A stretch of 64,000 nucleotides of DNA from an uncultured cyanobacterium (GCA_963793425.1 CAWCAG010000005.1:1472001-1536000); one strand, 5' to 3'. Shown: positions 9,212 through 20,199, counted from the stretch's first letter. Program-made: numbers and translations. Notes: generated by a model not told the origin, from the sequence alone.

Positions 9212-11050
9212 TTACTGGTCTAAAGACTCTAACTTATACTGAGCATCTTTATAACAACCTAACTGACTCAAATCAAGACATTTTTGAGAAGTAGTTTGAA
9301 AATCTTTCTTTGCTGCCTCAACATTTCCCAAGGCTTGATAAGTTAAACCTCTTTCATAATAAGCTAAAGCATGATCTTCGTTGCGTTTGATTGCTTCTGT
9401 ATAATCGGCGATCGCACCTGGGAAATCTTCTAAATCACTACGGGATAAACCCCTGTTATAGTAAGGGTCGCCGTCGCTATCATCAAGCTGAATAGCAATA
9501 TTATAATCGGCGATCGCACCTTGAATATCCCCCAAGCGACGATAGGCTAAACCACGATTTTGGTAAGCCAAAACATCATCGGGGCTGCGGCTAATCGCTT
9601 CAGTACAATCGGCGATCGCACCTTTTTGATCCCCCAAGTTAGAACGAGAAAAGCAACGGTTGAGGTAAGGTTCAGCTAATTGAGGGTCAATTTTAATAGC
9701 TTGGCTATAATCTGCCACAGCTTTTTCTTCATTTCCCATCTCTGCGTAAACGCTACCACGGTTGACATAGGCTGCCACTAATTTCGGGTCAAGTTTAATT
9801 CCTTGGCTATAATCTGCTTCTGCCCCTTGAATATCTCCTAATTGAAAGCGTAAATTGCCCCGTTGATAATAGGCTTCTGCATCTTCTGGGTTAATTTCAA
9901 GGGCTTTGGTCAAATCTGCTAAAGCTGTTTTAAATTCCCCTTGACCGCTCCGAATTAAACCTCTTTTATAGTAAGCTCTAGAGTGGTTGGGTTGCATCTG
10001 AATCACCGTATTATAGTTCTTCAGTGCTGGTAATTCCTGATTTTCTTTTTCGTATCTAATACCCTGATTAAAATAGTAACGAGCAAGCAATTTTTGGGGC
10101 AGTCCGCTACTATAAGCTGTACCCAAAATAGCAATCATCGCTATTACTCCCATAATCAGGGAAGTTGGTAATCGTAAAGAGTTTTGAGAAGAGGTGTTTT
10201 TTTCAGGAGGGAGTTCAGTTTCTAAAGCTAAAACAGATTCAGAATCGGGTAAAGCTTGTAAATCTTCCCACATCTCTTTTGGTGTTTGGTAACTTTCTTT
10301 CCTTTCGGGGTGAATAGCCTTATTTAAAATGGCAGCTAACTCATCTCTGACATTAATACCATCACACCAAGAATCATTTTTCAATTCTGGCAACTCTTCT
10401 GTTGGTAATCCTACCAAAGCTTGTATAGCGGTTATGCCTAAAGCATAAATATCCCTGTTATCAGAAATTTTCCCTGTAGCATCTTGAGGAGGAGTATACA
10501 AACTAACTTCTTTCGCAACTTGACCGTTCCCTCCTTGGGAATGAATAATTTGCTCAATAGTCTCTTCAATAGTGCCAAAATCCGTTAAAACTAATTTTCC
10601 GTCCGGATGGTGACGAATAATATTAGTAGGTTTAATAGAGTGATGTGTAACTCTGTTTTGACGAGCAAAAATTAAAATTTCTAAAACTTCTTGTAGGATA
10701 TAAATAACTTCTTGTTCTGAAAGGGGATTACCCGGAACAATTTCTTCCCCTAAAGAACGACCAGAAATATACTCTCGTACCAAATAAAATTCCTGATTTT
10801 CCGTAAAAAAAGCAATAGTTTCTGGTATACCATCATGGCAACCAACTTTTTCTAGAAGGGCAGCTTTTTTCTCTAGGAGGTTGAAAATCAATTCTAGGGT
10901 CTTTGGATACTTACCAGGAAGCCGCAGCCGCTTAACGACGCACTGAGGATGTCCTGGTATATGCAGATCAGCCACTAAGTAAGTGTGGACTAATTCCGCC
11001 ATACCAAGGACTTTAATAAATTGATAATTACCACCGATCAGTTTCGTCAT
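9212..11050 (-). CDS. Ser/Thr protein kinase-like (probable pseudokinase) + TM + TPR repeats
   Basis: CVVKRL, HHSIKPTNII, LTDFG, DIYALG; a TM helix; about 8 TPRs (AYYxRG…). Confidence 0.9.
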   Translation of the reverse strand: MTKLIGGNYQFIKVLGMAELVHTYLVADLHIPGHPQCVVKRLRLPGKYPKTLELIFNLLEKKAALLEKVGCHDGIPETIAFFTENQEFYLVREYISGRSLGEEIVPGNPLSEQEVIYILQEVLEILIFARQNRVTHHSIKPTNIIRHHPDGKLVLTDFGTIEETIEQIIHSQGGNGQVAKEVSLYTPPQDATGKISDNRDIYALGITAIQALVGLPTEELPELKNDSWCDGINVRDELAAILNKAIHPERKESYQTPKEMWEDLQALPDSESVLALETELPPEKNTSSQNSLRLPTSLIMGVIAMIAILGTAYSSGLPQKLLARYYFNQGIRYEKENQELPALKNYNTVIQMQPNHSRAYYKRGLIRSGQGEFKTALADLTKALEINPEDAEAYYQRGNLRFQLGDIQGAEADYSQGIKLDPKLVAAYVNRGSVYAEMGNEEKAVADYSQAIKIDPQLAEPYLNRCFSRSNLGDQKGAIADCTEAISRSPDDVLAYQNRGLAYRRLGDIQGAIADYNIAIQLDDSDGDPYYNRGLSRSDLEDFPGAIADYTEAIKRNEDHALAYYERGLTYQALGNVEAAKKDFQTTSQKCLDLSQLGCYKDAQYKLESLDQ

Positions 11051-11191
11051 TAGTTGGGAACAGGGAGTGGGGAGTAGGGAGTAGGGAACAGTTATTACTG
11101 AAATTCAATCTGTAAAAACACAAGAATTTTCTCAACTTATTACCTATTACCTATTACCTATTACTTACAAACTATCTTTCCTATTTGGCAC

Positions 11192-13357
11192 TCAATAATT
11201 AACATGGGCAGCTTCCCAAGCCATAGTCATTAAAGTTTCTTGGGAACCTGGGACAGAAGTTCCCTCTTCTGGTTTTCTTTGTTTATAGTTTCCGTCCGTT
11301 TGCAACTCCCAGGCATGGCGATTGTCTGCTAGCATAATTCCTAAGATTTCTTGGAGGTCTTGGAAAATTTCTGGGTCTTCAATAGGTGTGACTGCTTCTA
11401 CTCGCCTGTCTAGGTTGCGACGCATCCAGTCGGCACTACCGATATACATTTCATCTTCTCCTCCATTATGAAAATAAAAGATGCGGGAATGTTCCAGTAA
11501 GCGACTGATGATACTAATAACGCGGATATTTTCACTCACTCCTTTCACCCCAGGACGCAAGCAACAAATTCCCCTGATAATTAAATCAATTTTAACTCCT
11601 ACTTGAGAAGCTTCGTAGAGGGCAGTAATAATTTGCGGATCTACCAAAGAATTCATTTTGGCAATGATGCGGCTATTATTTCCTTGGCTAGCTTGTTCAG
11701 TTTCCCGTTTAATCAAAGCTGTCATGCGATCACGCAAATTAACCGGGGCTACTAATAGTTTACGGTAAGATTTTTGGCGCGAGTAACCAGTGAGGTAGTT
11801 GAATAAATCCGTTAGATCAGCCCCTAACTCTTCTCGACAGCTTAATAGCCCCAAGTCAGTATATAATTTAGCTGTCTTAGGGTTATAGTTACCTGTTCCC
11901 ACATGGAAGTAGCGGCGAATTTTGTTCTTTTCCTGACGCACCACTAAAGTGATTTTGGTATGGGTTTTTAGGCCCACTAAACCATAAACGACATGAACTC
12001 CAGCCCGTTCTAACTTTCTGGCCCAAAGGATATTATTTTGCTCATCAAACCGTGCCTTGAGTTCCACCAAAGCAACTACTTGCTTACCATTTCTGGCTGC
12101 GGAAATCAGGGCTTTGACAATAGGAGAGTCTCCAGAGGTGCGGTAGAGAGTCATTTTAATGGCTAGGACATGAGGATCATCTGCTGCGTGGGTAATAAAG
12201 CTTTGGACAGTTGCCCGAAAGGAATGATAGGGGTGATGAACTAACAAGTCCCCTTTAGAGATAACATCAAAGAAACTATTCTCTTCTTCTGCGTTATCAC
12301 TATCTTGACTTTCTACGACTCTTTGCAGTCGAGGAGGAATAGCCCGATTCCAAATTGGGTACTTAAGATCAGGGCGGGGTATTTCCATAAGATTCATCAA
12401 GTCGGACATACCCAAAAAGCTAGAACAGATGTAAACATCTTCCTCCCCTAGAAAAAGTTCTTCTGCCAGCATTTCTCGCAAACTATCTGGGGTAGAAGCA
12501 GTTAATTCTAAACGAACTGCTGAACCACCAAAACGCCTTTTTTGCAACTCTTCTTCAATAGCCAGTAACAAATCATCAGCTTCATCTTCTTCAACGGCTA
12601 TATCTGCATTGCGAGTAACCCGAAAAGGATGGCATTCTTGGATACTCATGCCCGGAAACAATGATTCTAGGTTATGAGAGATTACTTGTTCTAAAGGAAT
12701 ACCTGCCCAAATTGCTTTTTTGTCCTTATGGCGTTGACGTAAATCTTCTGGCAAAGTGACAAAGCGTGGTAGAACTTTAGGAACTTTAATACGGGCAAAT
12801 AGTTCCTCCTCCGTTTCAGGATTTTTGACTACCACTGCTAGGTTTAAGCTAAGGTTAGAAATATAAGGGAAAGGATGGCTAGGGTCAACAGCTAAAGGAG
12901 TGACAACCGGGAAGATATGTTCTTCAAAATAACTTTGTATGTAACCCCTTTGTTTTTGATTAAGGTCTGTGTAATTAAATAGATTAATACCTTCTGAGGC
13001 TAATAAAGAACGCAACTCTAACTCAAAATGTTGGTCTTGTTTTTCTACCAAAGGTGCTAATTTCTGACTAATATCCCGCAGTTGGTCTGTGGGAGTACGG
13101 CCATCAGCAGTAATTTTGCTAACTCCGACTTTTTCTTGCTGTTTTAAACCAGCTACCCGCACCATAAAAAATTCATCTAAATTAGAACTAAAGATAGCGA
13201 TAAACTTGAGTCGTTCTAATAAAGGGGTGCGAGAATCGATAGCTTCATGTAAAACTCGCCGATTAAACTCTAACCAACTCAATTCTCGGTTAAAGTAATA
13301 TTTGCTATCACTCAGGTCAATTTCTTTCTTAGGAGTTTTTGGTTTAGATTGCCCCAT
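11192..13357 (-). CDS. ppk1: polyphosphate kinase 1
   Basis: YFNRELSWLEFN, SSNLDEFFMVRVA, HHPY, ELKARFDE, KTHTK, GSADWM. Confidence 0.98.
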   Translation of the reverse strand: MGQSKPKTPKKEIDLSDSKYYFNRELSWLEFNRRVLHEAIDSRTPLLERLKFIAIFSSNLDEFFMVRVAGLKQQEKVGVSKITADGRTPTDQLRDISQKLAPLVEKQDQHFELELRSLLASEGINLFNYTDLNQKQRGYIQSYFEEHIFPVVTPLAVDPSHPFPYISNLSLNLAVVVKNPETEEELFARIKVPKVLPRFVTLPEDLRQRHKDKKAIWAGIPLEQVISHNLESLFPGMSIQECHPFRVTRNADIAVEEDEADDLLLAIEEELQKRRFGGSAVRLELTASTPDSLREMLAEELFLGEEDVYICSSFLGMSDLMNLMEIPRPDLKYPIWNRAIPPRLQRVVESQDSDNAEEENSFFDVISKGDLLVHHPYHSFRATVQSFITHAADDPHVLAIKMTLYRTSGDSPIVKALISAARNGKQVVALVELKARFDEQNNILWARKLERAGVHVVYGLVGLKTHTKITLVVRQEKNKIRRYFHVGTGNYNPKTAKLYTDLGLLSCREELGADLTDLFNYLTGYSRQKSYRKLLVAPVNLRDRMTALIKRETEQASQGNNSRIIAKMNSLVDPQIITALYEASQVGVKIDLIIRGICCLRPGVKGVSENIRVISIISRLLEHSRIFYFHNGGEDEMYIGSADWMRRNLDRRVEAVTPIEDPEIFQDLQEILGIMLADNRHAWELQTDGNYKQRKPEEGTSVPGSQETLMTMAWEAAHVNY

Positions 13358-13436
13358 AATTTCTCATTTATCATTAAACATTGATCATTTATCATTGAAG
13401 CCTATGGCAACTGCAAGTTTTATAGCCGAAGCAACA

Positions 13437-13649
13437 TTAACCACCAAAAACTTCTTGTTCTTGCCCTTGCCACCATTCACCTAGCTTCATCAAATCTTTG
13501 TGAATATCTTCTAGCTGATGTAAATACTCTTCTTGAGAAATTTCTCCTCGCCTTTCTTGGAGTTTCTTGAGACGTAGTTGCACTAATAACCAAGGTTTAG
13601 AAATGCCATCCGTAGCTTTGATGTAATCAGCTATTTGCTTGCTATCCAT
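13437..13649 (-). CDS. conserved cyanobacterial hypothetical protein
   Basis: 70-aa ORF, SKPWLLVQLRLKKLQE…LGEWW. Confidence 0.75.
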   Translation of the reverse strand: MDSKQIADYIKATDGISKPWLLVQLRLKKLQERRGEISQEEYLHQLEDIHKDLMKLGEWWQGQEQEVFGG

Positions 13650-13727
13650 GATTTTAGCGAAATTTTTTTCGTATATTTATTAAGATTAACCAATTTTGCC
13701 TGGGTGAGACGGAGAGATTATTAAGTT

Positions 13728-14474
13728 ATGGCACTAGATTTTTGGGCTAAGACTAGCGGGACTTGGATTAATGCTTGCACAGTTTTGCTGGGTACTGTAC
13801 TGGGTTTGCTGCTCAAAAATCGCCTCTCTAGTCATATGCAGCAAATTATCACCCAAGGTATTGGCTTATTAACTTTGTGGATCGGCTTCAATATGGCTGA
13901 TAGCTTGCAAAAAGTCCAGGCTGGAGAAATTGATGGGGCGATTTTGGGGCTGCTTGCTCTTGTCATCGGGGGAATTTTAGGAGAATGGTGGCAAATTGAA
14001 GCAAAATTGACTGTGATAGGAGAATGGTTGAAAGTGCGGTTTCGGGGGCAAGGACGTTTTACCGAAGGATTCGTTGCTGCTAGTATTTTGTTTTGTGTGG
14101 GGCCAATGACTTTAATTGGTAGCTTAAATAACGGCTTAACCGGGGATAATACTTTGTTAACCGTGAAAGCAACAATGGATGGTATTGTCTCCATTGCTTT
14201 TAGCAGTAGTTATGGTATTGGTGTGGGTTTTTCTGTTTTGGTAATTCTTATTTATCAAGGGGGACTTTCCTTAGCCGCAGGTTTACTAGGGGGTTTTTTA
14301 AGCGATCCTAGTAGTGATCCTGCTATTCTTTTGGTTACGGGGGTAGGAGGATTGATGATTATGGCTATTGGCTTAAGTTTATTAGATATATTAAAAATAC
14401 GAGTAGCTTCCTTTCTTCCCGCTATTATTCTTGCACCCCTAATTTTTCATTTAGTATTAAACATTGATCATTAA
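13728..14474 (+). CDS. DUF554 (YqgA-like) membrane protein
   Basis: GT.IN…GFV.AS.LFCVGPM…K..MDG…G.GV.FS…YQG. Confidence 0.9.
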   Translation: MALDFWAKTSGTWINACTVLLGTVLGLLLKNRLSSHMQQIITQGIGLLTLWIGFNMADSLQKVQAGEIDGAILGLLALVIGGILGEWWQIEAKLTVIGEWLKVRFRGQGRFTEGFVAASILFCVGPMTLIGSLNNGLTGDNTLLTVKATMDGIVSIAFSSSYGIGVGFSVLVILIYQGGLSLAAGLLGGFLSDPSSDPAILLVTGVGGLMIMAIGLSLLDILKIRVASFLPAIILAPLIFHLVLNIDH

Positions 14475-14477
14475 ATA

Positions 14478-14867
14478 TTGATTATGAAAAAGTTTGTTTC
14501 TTTATTGCTTAGTAGTATCACCTGTTTATCTTCGGGCAGTTTAGTTGCTTGTGGCGATCGCGCCCAAATGGAAGCCTGCACTCTTGTAGAAATTGAAGAT
14601 GCAGAATTTGAAGTAGATCGAGGAGATATTGATATTGAACGGGGAGAAGTGGAAATGGTTTGTGGTGATAAGCTAATTGATGTGACTTGGGGTCAATTTC
14701 GCCAAAAGTTAAATATTGACCCAGGGAAATATAAGCAAAGTTTAGAAGGATTTAAAAGTCAAGTAAGTTGCTTTAGAAATGAAAGTTCTCGCAAGAAAGA
14801 AGTATTTTGCAATCGTTCTGGTAGTTCACAAGACTTTGTTCCCTTAGACTTTAGCTATGACGATTGA
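14478..14867 (+). CDS. putative lipoprotein
   Basis: MKKFV… signal peptide with lipobox LVAC. Confidence 0.7.
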   Translation: MIMKKFVSLLLSSITCLSSGSLVACGDRAQMEACTLVEIEDAEFEVDRGDIDIERGEVEMVCGDKLIDVTWGQFRQKLNIDPGKYKQSLEGFKSQVSCFRNESSRKKEVFCNRSGSSQDFVPLDFSYDD

Positions 14868-14877
14868 TTTATTTATA

Positions 14878-15597
14878 TCATGCCAAACCCTGTTTGCGTC
14901 GATAAGCGAGAAAACTACCTACTCCTAACAAAGCTAAGATTGTTGTTGGTTCCGGCACAGATTGAGTAGAATCATCAGGTACACCCGTATCGTCTAAAAT
15001 CGGCGTACTGACCAAAGAGAAACTGCCAGCAGCAGAAACGACTGAAAGTGGTGTGGGTAAGAAGTTAGAAAGGATAGAGAAAGCAAAATTTCCTGTCGTT
15101 GTACAAGAAGCTACCAAGCAAGAATCAATGAAATTATTGTTAGGGTCAAAGTTAACAAAGGTAGCGAGAATTTCGTTATTATTGCTGTCGTAACTTAAGT
15201 CAAAATCTAAATCTTCGCTGCCATTGCTTAGTACCCCGCTTCCGGAGACACTAAAATCAAATAAACTATCAAGATTCGATATTGTTGTATCGTCAATACT
15301 TATATCAAAAGTACTAAAAAGTAAATTTAATCCTAAACTTATATCGCCATCAAGATACTGATTAGGATCATCATTAATGGTCAAGCTATGGCTGAAACTA
15401 TTAGCAATTGGGATGTTACCAGTGGGAATAGTATCTGAAAAATTAGCAAGGAGTGGGCTAATAAAAGCGTTTCCTAAAATCTCTGCCTCTACATTAAATT
15501 TGATATCAGCCGCTGTCGCAGTTTTCGCACCTAAAATACAGGTTCCTAGTGCGATAGCTGCTGCCCCAACGGTGGCTATTGATAATTTTTGAAACAT
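14878..15597 (-). CDS. PEP-CTERM sorting domain-containing protein
   Basis: N-terminal signal peptide; C-terminal VPEP + TM + RRK. Confidence 0.92.
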   Translation of the reverse strand: MFQKLSIATVGAAAIALGTCILGAKTATAADIKFNVEAEILGNAFISPLLANFSDTIPTGNIPIANSFSHSLTINDDPNQYLDGDISLGLNLLFSTFDISIDDTTISNLDSLFDFSVSGSGVLSNGSEDLDFDLSYDSNNNEILATFVNFDPNNNFIDSCLVASCTTTGNFAFSILSNFLPTPLSVVSAAGSFSLVSTPILDDTGVPDDSTQSVPEPTTILALLGVGSFLAYRRKQGLA

Positions 15598-15775
15598 ATC
15601 CCTTACGCGCTTAATCAGTTGATTATTTTTAAATTTTTCTTATACCTGCAAACATACACTGGATTTGAGAGAATTGGGTAAAGTTTTGATGAAGTTTTAG
15701 GTGTTTTTTAATAAGTTTTCATGAAGAAGCTTGAGGTATGATTTTTGCATTTTTCCTTCACCTCCAATTATCTGA

Positions 15776-16648
15776 TTAGCCATTAGCATCACTAACATTA
15801 ACCAATTCCATACCGCGACAGGTTCTTTTCAATAAACCAGTTAACACTTTTCCTGGCCCTACTTCAATGGTTTTTGTGATGCCTTGTTCTGGCAATTTAA
15901 GCATAATTTCTCGCCAACGTACTGAACCAGTCATTTGCTTAACTAAACGCTCTTTTAATTCCCCACTTTTAACAGTAGGAGTCGGTTCAACATTAGAAAG
16001 GACAGGAACTTTCGCCTCAGCAAAATCCACATTTTCTAATACTTCCTGAAACTCTTTTGCTGCTGTTGACATCAGAGGAGAGTGAAAAGCACCGGATACT
16101 TTTAAAGGTACTGCACGCTTACTTTTAACTTGGGAAACTATCTCATCAACTGCTTCTGGCACGCCGGAAATTACTACTTGGGCAGCGCTATTATCATTAG
16201 CAATAACTACATCAGCATTTTCTGCTACCTTAGCTGCTAATTCTTCGCGATCAAAGCCAATTAAAGCCACCATCTTACCCCCAGAAGCGGTATCCATTAA
16301 TTCAGCACGACGTTTAACTAAATTTAACCCTGAAGCAAAATCAAAGACTCCAGCAGCATAGAGGGCAACATATTCTCCTAAGCTATGTCCTGCCACTAAT
16401 TGAGGTGTTTCTCCAGATTCCCTCATCCAATCTACTAAAATGGATTCAATGGTATAAAGACAAGGTTGAGTATAAAGAGTGCGGGAAAGCTTTTCTTCGT
16501 CTCCTTGGCACATTTGTAATACAGACCAACCTAAAATCTCTTCTGCTAAAGCAAATTTCTCCTTAGCTGCTGGCAAGTCTTTTAAACTTGCTTCCATACC
16601 AACACTTTGCGAACCCTGTCCCGGAAACACCCACGCAATCTTGCTCAT
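15776..16648 (-). CDS. fabD: malonyl CoA-ACP transacylase
   Basis: FPGQGSQ, GHSLGEY, VSGAFHS, EVGPG. Confidence 0.97.
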   Translation of the reverse strand: MSKIAWVFPGQGSQSVGMEASLKDLPAAKEKFALAEEILGWSVLQMCQGDEEKLSRTLYTQPCLYTIESILVDWMRESGETPQLVAGHSLGEYVALYAAGVFDFASGLNLVKRRAELMDTASGGKMVALIGFDREELAAKVAENADVVIANDNSAAQVVISGVPEAVDEIVSQVKSKRAVPLKVSGAFHSPLMSTAAKEFQEVLENVDFAEAKVPVLSNVEPTPTVKSGELKERLVKQMTGSVRWREIMLKLPEQGITKTIEVGPGKVLTGLLKRTCRGMELVNVSDANG

Positions 16649-16900
16649 AATACCTATTATTCATTAGCTATTACTGTAGTTTAGACCAACGAAGTGGGAT
16701 AATAGTTATTAAAATATTGAGTGCGATCGCATCCTATCTATTCTGAGAGTGTCAACAGTAAAAATGCTAGTTAAAGGCTTGCTCAGAAATAGAAAACCTC
16801 AAATGTCACTAACTGAATTGGAACTAAATCTAACCATCCGCTTTAAAGATTCACAAAACCCTACTCCCTCTTTTCCACCAGATGTCTAATGCTTAATGAT

Positions 16901-17749
16901 CTATTCTCTCCAAATAGCATCTGCAACTCTACAAACATCGTGCATTTGTTCAACATCGTGGATGCGGAGGATATCTGCTTGATTAGCGATCGCAGCGCAA
17001 CAAGTGGCAGCAGTTCCCCAGACTCTTTTTTGAGGATCTTTTCGCTTGAGGATATGACCAATAAAGCTTTTTCTGGAAGTGCCGATTAATATAGGTGAAT
17101 TCAAACAAGTAAGCTCTTTTAATCTATTTAAAATTTCTAGGTTTTGTTCAGAGGTTTTGCCAAAACCAATACCAGGATCAATGATAATTTGCGATCGCTC
17201 AATTCCTGCTGCTATGGCAAGGCTGATTTGTTGAGTTAGAAAGTTGGTTATTTCTCCAATTAAATCTTGATAATTGGTTTGTTGTTGCATTGTTTCTGGT
17301 GTACCTTTGATGTGCATCAAGATGATGGGTACTTGCAACTGGGCCACAATAGGTAGCATTTCTGGGTCGAAAGTTCCCCCAGAAATATCATTAATTAAAT
17401 CTGCCCCCAACTGAATGGCTGCTCTGGCAACGGCTGCTCTGGTAGTATCGATAGAGATAGGAACGGACATTTCCTGGCGGAGCTTTTCTACAACAGGCAA
17501 AACGCGCTTCAGTTCCTCTTCTAAAGAGATTTGCGCGGCTCCAGGACGGGTTGATTGCCCCCCTACATCAAGGATGTCAGCACCCGCTTCGACAAGCTTC
17601 CTAGCTTGCTTTGAGGCTGTTTCTAAACCATTAAATTGACCACCATCGCTAAAGCTGTCGGGGGTGATATTTAAGATGCCCATTAAGTAAGTGCGCTTAC
17701 CCCATAGGAAATAAGAGTCGCGAATTTTCATGGGATAGATGAAGCTCAA
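16901..17749 (-). CDS. folP: dihydropteroate synthase
   Basis: MGILNITPDSFSDGG, GGQSTRPGA, DPGIGFGK, SRKSF, LRIHDV. Confidence 0.97.
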   Translation of the reverse strand: MSFIYPMKIRDSYFLWGKRTYLMGILNITPDSFSDGGQFNGLETASKQARKLVEAGADILDVGGQSTRPGAAQISLEEELKRVLPVVEKLRQEMSVPISIDTTRAAVARAAIQLGADLINDISGGTFDPEMLPIVAQLQVPIILMHIKGTPETMQQQTNYQDLIGEITNFLTQQISLAIAAGIERSQIIIDPGIGFGKTSEQNLEILNRLKELTCLNSPILIGTSRKSFIGHILKRKDPQKRVWGTAATCCAAIANQADILRIHDVEQMHDVCRVADAIWRE

Positions 17750-17932
17750 GGTAACTGTTCAAACAATAATATCAAACTGTTAAGCTGCCCAGGTTATCAA
17801 TTAGGTTAGAGATTCAGGAGTTTAAGAACTTTTAACGTTTTTAATCTTAAAATCTGATGCTTTTAGCCCTAGTGAAATCTATACTTGATTTGAAACGATG
17901 ATACAAGATTTTACTCCCTGCTCTCCCATGAT

Positions 17933-18676
17933 ATGAAAATCACTCCAAACCAGAAACAAATACTACAAGATCCTCGCCGCAAGAATCAGTTGCAAAGGTT
18001 GGTACAGAAGTTAGGATTGCCGAAAGATGCTCCTATTGACTGGTTTTTGTTGAATTTAGCTTTGACCCATCCCAGTTTATCAGGGGAAGCTAATTACCAA
18101 CAATTGGAATTTATTGGCGATGCCGTAGTACGCTTAGCAGCTTCTGAGTTATTGTGGGAAGTCTATCCTGATGCTTCTGTAGGAGAATTTTCTGCTATTC
18201 GTAAAGTATTAGTCAGCGATCGCACCTTGGCAGCTTTTGCCCAGAGTTTGGGTGTTGAGCCTTATTTGTTGGTAGGGGGGAGTGCTGTTAATAACGAAAC
18301 GGGCAGGATGTCTCGTTTAGCAGATGCTTTTGAAGCTATTTTAGCAGCACTCTATTTAAGTAGCCAGAGTATGGAATTAGTAAGACCTTGGTTAGATCCC
18401 CTACTGCAAGATTTAGCTACAGAAATTCGTAAAGATCCAGCCAGACAAAATTATAAGGATGCGTTGCAAGAATGGACTCAAGCACAATACAAAATTTTGC
18501 CTGAATATCGAGTTACAGAAAATGAGCATCACAGGGTCGATGGGGAGCGTTTTGTTGCTGAAGTTTGGTTACGAGAGGAGCTTTTGGGAAAAGGGACAGG
18601 AAGCTCTAAAAAAGCGGCTGAAAAGGCTGCTGCTAAAGAGGCTTTTGTCTCTTTTGTGTTAAATTCTGGGAGTTAG
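17933..18676 (+). CDS. rnc: ribonuclease III
   Basis: ALTHPS, QLEFIGDAV, LADAFEA; C-terminal dsRBD (NYKDALQE…SKKAAE). Confidence 0.92.
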   Translation: MKITPNQKQILQDPRRKNQLQRLVQKLGLPKDAPIDWFLLNLALTHPSLSGEANYQQLEFIGDAVVRLAASELLWEVYPDASVGEFSAIRKVLVSDRTLAAFAQSLGVEPYLLVGGSAVNNETGRMSRLADAFEAILAALYLSSQSMELVRPWLDPLLQDLATEIRKDPARQNYKDALQEWTQAQYKILPEYRVTENEHHRVDGERFVAEVWLREELLGKGTGSSKKAAEKAAAKEAFVSFVLNSGS

Positions 18677-18730
18677 GGAGCTGGGGAGCTGGGGAGCTGG
18701 AATACTATTACCCATTACCCATTACCTATT
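18668..18730. repeat. STRR-like tandem repeats (GGGGAGCT x3; TTACCCA units)
   Basis: Seen directly; similar tracts at ~11056-11166, ~53049-53079 and ~56709-56737. Confidence 0.7.
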
Positions 18731-18754
18731 AAAGCAGTAATTTTAGGAACTACT

Positions 18755-19780
18755 ATGAAAACAAAAGTTGCAATATTAGGAGTGGGGCGTTGGGGTACTC
18801 ATTTGTTGAGGAATTTTCATCAACATCCTCAAGCAGAAGTGATTGCAGTTGTTGATCCTCACCCTGAGAGGTTGGTAGCTTGTCGAGAGAAGTTAGGTTT
18901 GGATGAGCAAAGTGTAATGCTCAGTGAACAATGGTCTGCTGTGCGACAGCTAGAAGGGCTTGAGGCTGTGGTTGTTGCTACTCCTGCTTCTACTCATTAT
19001 CCTTTGATTTTGGATGCTTTAGAACTTGGCTATCACGTTCTGGCGGAAAAGCCTTTAACATTAGAAGTGACTGAGTGTGTAGCACTTTGTCGTTTGGCTG
19101 AAGAACAGCACAAACAGTTGTTGGTGGATCATACTTATTTATTTAACCCGGCGGTTAGGAAAGGGAAGGAAGTTATTATTACAGAAAGGTTGGGGGCATT
19201 GCGTTACGGTTATGCTAGCCGTACCCATTTAGGGCCAGTACGACAGGATATCGATGCGCTTTGGGATTTGGCGATTCATGACATTGCCATTTTTAACTAT
19301 TGGTTAGGAGAGCAACCGATGCAAGTGCAGGGTAATGGCTCTGTCTGGTTGCAACAGGGTGTGGCAGACTTGGTTTGGTTAACCTTAATCTACCCTAGCG
19401 GTTTCCGGGCTTATATTCACCTTTGTTGGCTCAATGCTGACAAACAAAGACGTTTAGGGGTAGTAGGGGAAAAAGGAAGTTTGATTTTTGATGAAATGCT
19501 CACCGATACACCCTTAACTTTGCAGCAGGGTTATTTTGAGCAACAAGATAGCTATTATCTGCCCACAGCCCAACATCGCGAGGTTATTCCTGTTCCTACT
19601 TCTGAACCCTTAAAAGAAGTCTGCGATCGCTTCTTAGAAAATATTCGTTTAGGAACAAGTTGTTCTGTTTCTTCTGGTTGGGTTGGTGCAGAGTTGGTAC
19701 AAGTTCTCTGTTGTTTAAGGGAGTCTTTAAAACGAAGGGGAGAAGTTATTGTAGTTCCGAATATCTCCCAAAAAACTTAA
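18755..19780 (+). CDS. Gfo/Idh/MocA family oxidoreductase
   Basis: GVGRWG Rossmann motif, EKP, DLAIHD. Confidence 0.92.
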   Translation: MKTKVAILGVGRWGTHLLRNFHQHPQAEVIAVVDPHPERLVACREKLGLDEQSVMLSEQWSAVRQLEGLEAVVVATPASTHYPLILDALELGYHVLAEKPLTLEVTECVALCRLAEEQHKQLLVDHTYLFNPAVRKGKEVIITERLGALRYGYASRTHLGPVRQDIDALWDLAIHDIAIFNYWLGEQPMQVQGNGSVWLQQGVADLVWLTLIYPSGFRAYIHLCWLNADKQRRLGVVGEKGSLIFDEMLTDTPLTLQQGYFEQQDSYYLPTAQHREVIPVPTSEPLKEVCDRFLENIRLGTSCSVSSGWVGAELVQVLCCLRESLKRRGEVIVVPNISQKT

Positions 19781-19861
19781 GGAAAATAGTATTGCTTAAT
19801 TAAGTATTGTTATAAAATTTAAGGAGTTATGTCTGAATATTATTATGTCGATAAATAATAT

Positions 19862-20125
19862 TCAAGCTAAGTCACTTTTAGCTATTGCTGAGTCTGAGAA
19901 TTACAGGCAATTAATAAAGCTCTCAAACAAGAAATTGGCTTCCGCGAAGTAACTAAAATAGCTTTGGGGGAAAGTGAAAAGCATTTCCGAGCTATATTTG
20001 ATAATGTTTTTCAGTTCACTGGTTTATTGTTACCCGATGGTACGGTTTTAGAAGTTAATCAAACAGCTTTGAATTTTGCGGGTATTGAGCATGAAGATGT
20101 TGTCGTAAACCTTTTTGGTTAGCCA
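19862..20125 (+). pseudogene. PAS-domain sensor protein fragment
   Basis: Translates ELQAINKALKQEI…ESEKHFRAIFDNVFQFTGLLLPDGTVLEVNQTALNFAG, then shifts frame before KPFW; no start and no output domain. Confidence 0.7.
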
Positions 20126-20199
20126 AAATAAGTAAATAAAATAAGGCAATTATGATTACTTGCTACCAATAAAAATCGATAGTTTTTTAGCCTAACAAC

